Source: Tetramitus jugosus (taxonomy: Eukaryota > Protista > Heterolobosea). Taken from it: 64,000 nt of DNA. Of the stretch, positions 54,952-64,000 are shown piece by piece; position 1 is the stretch's first letter, and each line of letters begins with the position of its first letter. The notes under the pieces are model-generated. The model worked only from the letters and a program-made list of their open reading frames with translations, searched no databases and was not told the origin of the DNA. The position numbers and the translations under genes are program-made. The DNA lies in the NCBI GenBank assembly GCA_937625935.1, contig OW569346.1, forward strand, positions 372,001-436,000, read 5' to 3'.

Positions 54952-56505
54952 ATGGAAGAGGAACTGAACATTGAAACGAGTGGCGAGAAGAAAAATGATT
55001 TTACGGGTGAATCCCATGCGTTTGAAGCTGTTCCGAAAGTAGTCTTCGTAGAGTATGATACTCTTGATAGGACCTACAAGCGTCATGTGAAGCTTGTGAA
55101 TCGGTCAAGGAAGCCCCAGAGACTTCATTTAGTGACTCCCAAATGTTCCAATTGGCAAGTTTCTTATGTCAAGAGTGGGATGATCGCTGTGGGAATGCAT
55201 GAAGATGTTCTCATTGAGTTCAAGCCGCGCAAGCTGAAGATTTATCAGCAAGAGTTTACAGTGTTGAGTGAAACCGATTCCTTTGTCGTACAAATGATTG
55301 CTAATCCAGTTGGTGATGAACCTCATACGATTACTACTGTCAAGGATATGAAGAGTAGAGCTAGACCATCGACGATAAACAACATAGAGGGAATTGTGAC
55401 AAAACTACCGAATAGAATCGATTTCGGTACCTGCCTATTGAACAGTGAATCAATTAAGCGAATTAGATTTGGCATGAACTTGCCTATTGATTACAAATTT
55501 AGGATTGAAATACACAAGCAGAATATGAACTTTATGATTGAGCCGATGAGTGGAATAATCCCCTCCAAAGGCTTTATTGATATCCATGTGACTTTCAAAC
55601 CAATATCGCTCCATACGAGTTTTATGGAGTTTCACTTGGTGGTGGAGAAAGAGTATTCTCCTGTCCAGAGTTGTTCTGTTGTGGGTTCAGTTACTGAGTT
55701 CGATTCTTCTCAGTTGACGAACCGTGTCATACAGCAGAATTTGGATCTTACTATAAGAACTCGGAGAGATTTAAGAATTCATGACGAGTTAGTTGGGGTA
55801 AAACGGAAGAAAGAATTGAAAAAGCATCTGGATGCGCTGGATGAACCAACAACCATTCAGACAACCCATAGATTTAGAAGTGGATCAGCAGGTTCTCTTT
55901 CATCTTCAAGAACGAAAATATCTCATCTGGGGCTGAGAAGCAAAAAGTGGGGAACAACATTAAACGAAGAACAACAGAGAAAGATACGAGATAGGAGGGA
56001 AAAGGAGTCGGATTTAAAACTGAGTGCTGCAAGGTATTCAGAGGATCAGAAAAGAAAAGAAACAAAATGGCAAGAATGTTTGGGAGAAACTCTATTAACT
56101 CAGGAGTACATGAATGAGCTGATTTCTGAAAGGGAGGGTCAAATTTCAAGAGATTTCCTGTTGAAAAGAGAAGTGGCAAGGGAAAGAAAGATCACCGAGG
56201 CAAATCCGAACGACAAGGTACTGATAGATGTCGGTCAGAGAAAGGAAATATTGAACCAGATGCTGTCTAAAGACTTGATCTTCCAAATTGACTCTCCCTC
56301 TGTCATGGACATCGGACCCGCTATGTCATTAAGACACGAAGGATCCACAACAAAGGAACCAGAGAAGGAGGCGATCAATTGGACTGCCCTTTTAAAGCAA
56401 GTTAGTGATAAGGTTTCTCCCTTTGCTGAGATACCAATAAGAAAAAGAATCTGGGGAAGCCACCGGGACAAATTTTCGATGGATCTTTGGAATTCATCAC
56501 AATAG
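54952..56505 (+). CDS. CFAP221/PCDP1-like ciliary protein with ASH/PapD-like domains
   Basis: KLVNRSRKPQRLH, GMIAVGM..IEFKP, LPNRIDFG, PMSGIIP..VTFKP. Confidence 0.7.
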   Translation: MEEELNIETSGEKKNDFTGESHAFEAVPKVVFVEYDTLDRTYKRHVKLVNRSRKPQRLHLVTPKCSNWQVSYVKSGMIAVGMHEDVLIEFKPRKLKIYQQEFTVLSETDSFVVQMIANPVGDEPHTITTVKDMKSRARPSTINNIEGIVTKLPNRIDFGTCLLNSESIKRIRFGMNLPIDYKFRIEIHKQNMNFMIEPMSGIIPSKGFIDIHVTFKPISLHTSFMEFHLVVEKEYSPVQSCSVVGSVTEFDSSQLTNRVIQQNLDLTIRTRRDLRIHDELVGVKRKKELKKHLDALDEPTTIQTTHRFRSGSAGSLSSSRTKISHLGLRSKKWGTTLNEEQQRKIRDRREKESDLKLSAARYSEDQKRKETKWQECLGETLLTQEYMNELISEREGQISRDFLLKREVARERKITEANPNDKVLIDVGQRKEILNQMLSKDLIFQIDSPSVMDIGPAMSLRHEGSTTKEPEKEAINWTALLKQVSDKVSPFAEIPIRKRIWGSHRDKFSMDLWNSSQ

Positions 56506-56677
56506 TGAGATAAATCATGATGAGTTTGCAGAATTGAATCTTTGGAGACTCAATTTCGAGATAATTGGTTTTTCATGGCCTTTTACCGACTCTCGATGCA
56601 CGATGTGGAGATTGTAAAGCAAGTTGTATTGTTATTTTCACTTAACTGAAGGGGAGAACGGCACTTCAATTGTGTTG

Positions 56678-57739
56678 TTATTCTAATAATCCGTTGTCCT
56701 TCAATGACTGAATTGTGTCCAACAATGACTGTTCAACAGAAATCCAACCATCAAATGCGGGTAATGTCTTCTCCAAGTTTTCTGTCGAGTAACACGCTAA
56801 CTCTTTGTAACCTTCTTCGATATCTCCTTCAATTTCATTAGGCATCGTGTCCTTGTATTCTGGGAAATGTTCAGCAAACACTGGAATCAGTTTGGCCCAT
56901 GTGTTCTTTCCTGCAACGGACACGAATCGACTTCCACCGGCTCCTGGTGTCTCCATGACTAGTCTGTGAATCTTGGCAACATCTCTCACATCAATAAATG
57001 TCCATCCTTCATTTGCCTTGATCTTGTTTCCATTTTCAGAGTTCAACTTTTGCTTCAAAACAATGTTTCTAACAATTGCACAGCTCGTGTTCAACTCCTT
57101 CACACCATACTGTTTCAATCTCTCTGACTGCAACAATGGTCCAGTGACAAGTGTCGGATTCACAACACTCAAATCAAACAACTCTCCCTCTTCAGTGGCA
57201 TACTTTTGCTTCATGTCGTCCCACATCTTCCAAGCCTCTCTCTCCGCTAGAGTCTTACTGTACGCATATGGAGAATTGGTCAACGAGCTCTTCTCATTCC
57301 AATCCTTCTCCGTGTACACTCTTCCAATTTCCTTTTCAGCAACAGACAAGATTGCCGCAGTAGAGCTCGTTACAATGACACGCTTCACAGAGTGTCTCTG
57401 TTTTTCAACAGCATTCAACACGTTTCTTGTTCCTTGCAGAGCAGGCTCAATCAACACCTTTTGTGGGTCGAGATCAGCCGATGGAATAAAGAATGGACTG
57501 GCAGTGTGCATGACGATTTGACAACCAATGACATGCTCATCAAAACTGCCTTCCTTGAGCAAATCAGCTTCGACAATCTCCAATGACTGTGCAGCATTCT
57601 CAAAAGCGTTCAAATGACTGTACTTGGATGTGTCCTGTAGAGATCGAACCGTTCCTCTGACTTTGTAACCATGTTTCAACAAATCTTGGACAATGAATGA
57701 GGCAATGTAGCCATTGGCACCGGTAACGAGAACTTTCAT
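56678..57739 (-). CDS. NAD(P)-dependent aldehyde reductase/dihydroflavonol reductase-like SDR
   Basis: VTGANGYIA, HTASPF, TSSTAA, YAYSKTLAEREAW, IDVRDVA. Confidence 0.92.
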   Translation of the reverse strand: MKVLVTGANGYIASFIVQDLLKHGYKVRGTVRSLQDTSKYSHLNAFENAAQSLEIVEADLLKEGSFDEHVIGCQIVMHTASPFFIPSADLDPQKVLIEPALQGTRNVLNAVEKQRHSVKRVIVTSSTAAILSVAEKEIGRVYTEKDWNEKSSLTNSPYAYSKTLAEREAWKMWDDMKQKYATEEGELFDLSVVNPTLVTGPLLQSERLKQYGVKELNTSCAIVRNIVLKQKLNSENGNKIKANEGWTFIDVRDVAKIHRLVMETPGAGGSRFVSVAGKNTWAKLIPVFAEHFPEYKDTMPNEIEGDIEEGYKELACYSTENLEKTLPAFDGWISVEQSLLDTIQSLKDNGLLE

Positions 57740-57908
57740 GATTGTGTAGCTCCGAGTAATTGTGGCTCTGTGTGTAGTCTTTGTGTGTTTTTTACTTTTT
57801 CATGATCACCATAGTGAGCTTAAATGGAGGATAACAGCATGCGGACCAGGACAGATTGTGCGCAAAGAATTCTTCCAATTTGGAAGCAAAACAAATGCGC
57901 GAGCAAAA

Positions 57909-57979
57909 TGCATCTGCCGGGATTCGAACCCGGGTCGCAGCGATGGCAACGCTGCATGATACCCCTACACTACAGATGC
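57909..57979 (-). tRNA. tRNA-Gly(GCC)
   Basis: GCATCTGTAGTGTAGGGGTATCATGCAGCGTTGCCATCGCTGCGACCCGGGTTCGAATCCCGGCAGATGCA followed by TTTT. Confidence 0.97.
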
Positions 57980-58114
57980 TCTTATATTACAATTCTGAAG
58001 AGAATTTGAAATTTGTCCTCTCTCTTGCGAAAATTGTTTGTCTTGTCCTGAAAGATTTCGTTATTCAATTTTGAGCTCGTGGTTGAATTAAAGGACCATA
58101 TTACTTTCGAATAT

Positions 58115-59635
58115 TTACAATTTTGTGTCAGAATTAGGTGAAATTCCAATTTGAATAGACAGAGCCCACAGGAAGAGTATGCCATATCCGAGCGTCAACA
58201 GAATACATCCAAACAGTAAAACCCAGAATAAGTTTGCTAAACCGAACACATGTGTCACCAGAACTGGTACTGTCATTTCAGCAGATGCGGACATCAATAC
58301 CATCACACTGGACATAAAACCTGTCACACGTATGTTGTTCATTGATGTTGTTGGGAAAGAGAATGTTGTTGGAAATTGACTCGACACTCCGAGACCCATT
58401 AGCACAATAGCCAGCCACAGAATGCTTCGATGCGGTAACACAATGTTCGAAATTAATAAAAAGATGCCAACAGACGTGTAGCATAGCACGACATTTGAAG
58501 TCAGAATCAGGAATGGTTTGATTTTCAAACTGGAGAGTAGAGATGCGCAGAGACGACCAATGGTTAATGACATCCAAAACACTGAAGTCATCATCGAGTT
58601 CTCTCTCTTGGTTGTTGCGAGCCTCTTCTCTGCGACATACGAATACAGCAATCCACCGAAGCATGACTCAAAAATCACAGAACCAAAGAGAGCAAATCCC
58701 ACAGCAATTGCTAATCGAAAATCTCTTGATTGTTCATACAGTATTCTACAGTTTAGTCTCCAGTCATTTGATAGTTGAAACTTTGTTTCAACAGGCACCA
58801 ACTCTTCGCCTTCACTCTTGTCTGCAAGATCATCAGAATTGTTCGTTAAAAGTGCTTCAGCATCATCACTCTTCTTCTCAACATCAATTTCCTCCTTGAT
58901 ACAAAAAGTACCCGTCTGACCTAGGACGAGCATAATACCTGACAATGCCGATATCATTGCTCCGATCCAATAAACAAACTTTACGTCCATCTCTGTAGCA
59001 ACAATAGCCGGTCCCACAAAATTACCAACACCAGCAATGCATGACATGCCCAAAATAATAGGTGCAACCTTGTCTCCCCATGTCCACATGCACAGAATAT
59101 TGGTACCCATCGTAACAAAACCGACAGCCGCACCAAAAACTGCAAAAACAACCATTAACAGAAACAGATTGGGTATCAATGGCATAAGGGCCATCATTCC
59201 ACCCATCATAAACACATGAAACGCCAAAAAGTAATTCGTAGCACGAAAGGATCTCGCTGAAAACCAATCAAACATTTTGCCGCCTACAAGTCCTCCCAGC
59301 ACTCCACCAATGCCCTTGCACGTAAAAAGCCAACCGAGTTCTGCTTCAGAAGAGTGACTCGTACGAGCCAGATCTTTCAACGTTGGTCCCATCAGTGAAA
59401 CAGCAATGCCAAAGCACGCAAACACAAAATAATACGTGACAGTTTGAATAATCTTTTGAATGAGTACACTTTGTCGATGTTTGGTTGTACTCTTGTGGTT
59501 ATCTCGCCGCACCGACAACAACAGACTCTGTGTTTCATCTTGGATGACACGCATGTCTCCACCACCACCACCACTCCCATCGTTATCCTCACTAAATTTG
59601 TGTCGTTGAAGAATTTCTTGTTCTGGCATTTTCAT
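58115..59635 (-). CDS. MFS transporter, MFSD4/FucP-like
   Basis: ~12 TM segments; GPTLKDLA; FWMSLTIGR. Confidence 0.88.
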   Translation of the reverse strand: MKMPEQEILQRHKFSEDNDGSGGGGGDMRVIQDETQSLLLSVRRDNHKSTTKHRQSVLIQKIIQTVTYYFVFACFGIAVSLMGPTLKDLARTSHSSEAELGWLFTCKGIGGVLGGLVGGKMFDWFSARSFRATNYFLAFHVFMMGGMMALMPLIPNLFLLMVVFAVFGAAVGFVTMGTNILCMWTWGDKVAPIILGMSCIAGVGNFVGPAIVATEMDVKFVYWIGAMISALSGIMLVLGQTGTFCIKEEIDVEKKSDDAEALLTNNSDDLADKSEGEELVPVETKFQLSNDWRLNCRILYEQSRDFRLAIAVGFALFGSVIFESCFGGLLYSYVAEKRLATTKRENSMMTSVFWMSLTIGRLCASLLSSLKIKPFLILTSNVVLCYTSVGIFLLISNIVLPHRSILWLAIVLMGLGVSSQFPTTFSFPTTSMNNIRVTGFMSSVMVLMSASAEMTVPVLVTHVFGLANLFWVLLFGCILLTLGYGILFLWALSIQIGISPNSDTKL

Positions 59636-59885
59636 CAACACACACTGAAAAAGATTGATCAATAGGTATAGGCTTGTTGTTGCTTGCTTTGATAATGCAA
59701 CCGGAGGGAATCAATAATACGTATTTTGTTTCTTTTTGCTTGGCCAGCTTGCTGTCGTCATGTTTCGGCTACCCATTTCTTTTTAGGCAGTCAGCCGCTC
59801 AAGAACAAGCCCAATTCGATAGCGGGCAATTATGTCAATTTCACATGAGTTATGGTGATACAATAGCAGAAAATTTGCTTTCTTT

Positions 59886-61541
59886 TTATTGCTTGTCATT
59901 AATGTCAGTAGGATTTTCTTGTTGCAATTGCAATTGCTGAGCTGCCATTCTTTCCTTCTGTTTTTGAAGCTGAATTTGATTCTTGAGCCACTTGTCCTCC
60001 TCGAATCCATCAATCGAGAACATGAGGTCACATAAAATCTCTCCATTCTCTTTCGAATTCTTTCTCATCAGCTTGAACCATTTGTTCTTCACTTGAATTC
60101 GCTTCTTCTTACTCATATCGACTTCAATGGCAACATCGCCAATGAAATCATCTGATCCAATTCGATCCCAGTCCCATACCTCGATTCTGAGAGTGTACAC
60201 TTTGCGAATGTTGGTTCCTTTGGACTGATGAGTGATCTCTCCTTCCCATTTTGGATTCAATGTTTTCTTAACAATTTCAGACTGGTATGATAGCTCTCCA
60301 TCGAGATACACCTTGTAGTATGGATCAGAGAATCCATTCAAATCCATCGCTGGCAAGTTTCTAGCCTCTCGAATTCCAATAGTAACAGTTAGTAACAGCT
60401 GTTTCTCTAAACTCTTTGCAGTTTCTGTCAAGAATAACTCTCTTGATCGAGACTGGTCCTCTTCAAACATTGATACCACTTTCCATCCAGACTTCAGCTT
60501 GATAATTTTACAAACGGTTAGATACTTTTCCTTTTTGATCGCCTTTGGGGTAAAAGAGTACTTTTTGATCTCCAATGCTTTCGATTGATTGTACAGTGTC
60601 AGTGAGATATCTTCTTTCGCTTCATTAGATCCGTTCCTCATGATCACAATTGCATAGGAAACTTCCTTCATTCTCCGTACGGTGGACAAATGGATATGTC
60701 CGGTAACAGCTTCCTTATTCGTATCTCTAGAGTAACCGACCATATTTCGCTGATCGTCATCTGGGACGAGAGAGTTATCAGCAGAGAAGAAACATGCAGC
60801 CACGGCACATCCTTTATGCGACACTGTGGCAGCAATTGTTCTCACTTCGTCTCCCAGCAAAATAGATTCTCCCTTGTCGATATCAAAAGTCCTTGTACAT
60901 CCTATTCTCTTCATTTCTTCGATCAACCTTCTATCGCTCGTTACCTTGTACCTCACAAATATGTCGTGGATGAACGGAACTGCTTGCACAAAGTCCGGAA
61001 CGTTCGGTATGGGTTGATTAAGGGGTATCATTTTCCAATCTTCAGATTTATCTACATCACTTCGAAACATAATGGCTAGAAGTAGCAACTTCTCCTTTGG
61101 ATACTCCACATTTGTATAGTTCATATCAACGACATATTCGAGTTCGTTCGTGATATCTGACACACCCATCGATAAATCTGTGATGTTTGAAAGGGTGAAA
61201 CCAGTGTTTGCGCTCAGAACAAATGCCAACACTTTGTATTTCATATCTAGCTTCAAAAGACTGACATCAACTGCTTCATTATAGCCCAGTATTGGTACAT
61301 GCGAGTGTTTAGGATGTAGATACCTCACAGCTTGATTATCAGCTCTGATATGATTGAAGAATGCAGCCTCTGAAAGAGCCAGTTGATGGTTAAACATGAG
61401 GCAATTCATGATGAGAACATCTGGATCAGGAGGAGATTTTGCATTGGACTTCCATTTGCTATGAAATAAAATATTGCTTGGTCTCTTCTCGAGAATGAAC
61501 TCGTTGTCAATCTGGGCAGTGATGATGTTCTCTTGGTTCAT
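59886..61541 (-). CDS. Degenerate TerD-like region(s) + C2 domain protein
   Basis: C2: EARNLPAMDLNGFSDPY, KTLNPKW, VWDWDRIGSDDFIG; N-terminal W...D.D..CLMF...NEAVDVSL..LAFVLS resembles TerD. Confidence 0.75.
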   Translation of the reverse strand: MNQENIITAQIDNEFILEKRPSNILFHSKWKSNAKSPPDPDVLIMNCLMFNHQLALSEAAFFNHIRADNQAVRYLHPKHSHVPILGYNEAVDVSLLKLDMKYKVLAFVLSANTGFTLSNITDLSMGVSDITNELEYVVDMNYTNVEYPKEKLLLLAIMFRSDVDKSEDWKMIPLNQPIPNVPDFVQAVPFIHDIFVRYKVTSDRRLIEEMKRIGCTRTFDIDKGESILLGDEVRTIAATVSHKGCAVAACFFSADNSLVPDDDQRNMVGYSRDTNKEAVTGHIHLSTVRRMKEVSYAIVIMRNGSNEAKEDISLTLYNQSKALEIKKYSFTPKAIKKEKYLTVCKIIKLKSGWKVVSMFEEDQSRSRELFLTETAKSLEKQLLLTVTIGIREARNLPAMDLNGFSDPYYKVYLDGELSYQSEIVKKTLNPKWEGEITHQSKGTNIRKVYTLRIEVWDWDRIGSDDFIGDVAIEVDMSKKKRIQVKNKWFKLMRKNSKENGEILCDLMFSIDGFEEDKWLKNQIQLQKQKERMAAQQLQLQQENPTDINDKQ

Positions 61542-61696
61542 TGAGATTGATATCTTTCTTACACAAAAATGAGGAAACTGTGTGGTTTTCCAACAATCAA
61601 CAGCTTTAATCCTCCGCTGTAGATGTAATCGGCAGAGAAAATTAGAGGGAAAATTGCATTGAGAGAGTTATGATGTATTTTACTCAGCCAAGTAGA

Positions 61697-63138
61697 TTAG
61701 GAAGAAGGAGCGTCTTCTTGTCCACCAGTGGTATGAGCACTATCGACCACTGGCATAGAAGGTAGAGAACCAGTGTATTTTTTCTGCTTCAAGTCTTCCT
61801 TGGATGGAATACCACCACTCCAATCCTCGACATCAAGAACTGTAGCGACACTATTTTCATCATCAATCGAAACAAAGACGTTAAACACATCGACACACAT
61901 GCCAAACACTTCTGGACCAAATTTGTTTCTGCGATAGGTTGATCGAGGGTCTAACCGAATCGATTGGGAAATCACTTCCTTCAAAGCCTCCAAATTCTCC
62001 TTTCCATTCTTGTAAAATTCGCTCTTGTTCTGAAATTGTTCCAATCGTTCGAGTGCCAAGTCCAAAAACACGACACGATCAATTGAAAACTGTTTCCGCA
62101 TCTCTCCCATCCAAGCTGGCATCGTAACATGATGAGCAGGCTCCTGTAAAATATCATACTCTGGAATATATGGCTTAATATCAATAATCGGTGTTCCATC
62201 AACCAAATCGACACCAGACAAGTGCAAAATGGTCTCTTGCGTTTCTTCCACTAGTTCGATCCGATCCAATTTCACAACAGACATGCCCAATGGATTCGGC
62301 CTATACGGAGAACGACATGCAAGTGCACCCACTTTTTTACCAGCCAATCGAGGAGGCTTGACCTTGGCCTTGTTCAATAAACTGGCAGCAGTGAGACTTT
62401 GATTATTCTTGGTGGTAGCTTCCACATTTTCATCAGTCGTGTGTTCACCACTCTCACCACTGTTGTTATTCTCAGCACTCAATTGCTGAACATGAAAATT
62501 TTGATGAAAGATCCAAAAGAGCCAAATGTGACTAAATTCTTCCAATCCTTCAACAAAGTGATACGTGTTGGCTCTTTGTGGCAAATCCTTGGCTCCCAAG
62601 TGAGACTTGTATCGATGCTTTTGTTCATAGGTGGAGGACATGGTGAGTCGAAGCTTACCACGTGCGTTGGGAATAATCATGGATTGCCTATACATCCATA
62701 CATCAAAATAATCCATATTAGTCTCTTGTTTCTTCATAATTGATATTGTTGTTGTTGCTGTGTGTGAAAAAAAAATGGCGATGCATACCTTGGAGTGCCT
62801 TGCTTTTGCTTCCAGCATGTCTCCATGTGACCAATTGGTTCTAGCACAAATCTTTGCATTGTTGTTTCGGTTTTATTCTTCTTCTTGTTTTGTGTTGTGG
62901 TGTTGTTGGTGCTTTGAGTGAAAATTTTTGCCACAATTTTTGTCGTTGCTTCTGTTTCTGTTGTTGTTGGTTGTGGATTGACGATGGTTGTTTGATGAGA
63001 GCTTGGTGGAGTGTTGCTGCCAACGATGTTGTTTGATGTTGGAGTATCCGGCGAATAGGTGCGCTGGTGAAATGCATGTGTCGAGAAGAAGCGACAAGGT
63101 CTGAGAATTGGCTTGGCCAACAATAGGCGGGACTGCAT
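61697..63138 (-). CDS. TRMO: tRNA m6t6A37 methyltransferase TrmO/TsaA with a possible mitochondrial presequence; intron 62688-62788
   Basis: PIGH..KQGTPR|Q, FSHIWLFWIFH, KVKPPRL, RSPYRPNPLGMS, GVDLVDGTPIIDIKPY. Confidence 0.93.
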
Positions 63139-64000
63139 GAGATTGAGATTGTTTCTAATTTTTTGGTGCTATTCTGAGAGTTGTCCACAAGTCGAGCTGG
63201 AGCAATAATCATTATTGCACCGTTTAGAGGAATTTGCGCCTCTTATGAACAATTAGAAAGAAGAGGCATGTTGAATTATCAAGTGAATATCTGAAAGAAT
63301 GGGTCAACCTCTTCCTGTTCGACCGAGGATTGGACGAACATTATCATAGATTTCTTTCATTTGTTCCATGTTATCAATCCGTACGTCTTGACTGAGTATT
63401 GCAGCCGTTGCTTCCTTGGGTCATTGGATCATAAGTTCTGAGCATCGAGTCATTCAAGTTCAATCGCCGACTTATGCTGCTATGTGTTGTATTGATAGGA
63501 TTTCCCATCAAAATTAATCGTGAGACGAGCTACACTTCGGAGTTGACTGAAGGGTTTATTGATCAGTTGATGACATCCAATTTTTGTTGTGATGATGGAG
63601 TGAATATGGAACTCATTGTTGTGGTGTTCTTGAAGGTTCGTTGTGTCCCTAGAGATTTTAAATCTAGCAACACAACTTAATTAGCAACCTAGTTAGGATA
63701 CAATAAGTTGGAACAGTAGAATCCAGTATCGTTGAGAAGATGAAGCAGTACAAAGTCCAGAACCACTCTGGTAATTCCACTTTAAGGTACCCAATCTGTT
63801 CTTTGCAATTGATGAGCAATAGTCCAAGATAGTACTGGCTTCAATCTGTTCTTGATTCTATTAGAGTTAAACTACTCCTACCTCTAAATCCACCATAGCT
63901 CCCGTCAGAAATCAATTCACAATCGAGTAGAGAACTGGACGGTCCGTAATTCCGGGACGGATTCGCGGGGTGGTCCAAAACACCAACAACCAAAAATCTC

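Noticed and set aside
1-64000. CRISPR arrays, rRNA genes, prokaryotic operons
   Set aside because: None seen; spliceosomal introns and gene content are eukaryotic, and repeats are simple microsatellites.

Overview
Gene-dense eukaryotic (protist) DNA: about 33 compact protein-coding genes with a few short GT-AG introns, AAC/CAA low-complexity tracts, two intact tRNA genes (Thr-AGT, Gly-GCC) and one decayed tRNA-Gly(TCC)-like gene. The compact architecture, a flagellar CFAP221-like gene and F-box/GTPase fusions suggest a heterolobosean-like amoeboflagellate; this is inference only. The main discovery is a family of L1/Tx1-like non-LTR retrotransposons that appears to target tRNA genes by position. 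Three 5'-truncated copies of different ages each have a poly(A) tail and a ~15-bp target-site duplication (TSD; degenerate for the oldest copy). All point their 5' end at the 5' end of a tRNA gene. Two copies are stacked at the same site in front of the tRNA-Gly remnant, the proximal one 54 bp upstream; the third lies 55 bp upstream of tRNA-Thr at an unrelated target sequence. The copies share a covarying 3' stem-loop. Other observations: F-box/G-alpha and F-box/Rho fusions with altered catalytic residues, a candidate structured ncRNA at ~42.4-42.6 kb, an LSM11-like gene, a membrane-anchored N4/N6-type methyltransferase-like protein, an R3H-2H phosphoesterase, an ENPP pseudoenzyme and a frameshifted decarboxylase. 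All calls come from motif recognition by eye; no searches were run.
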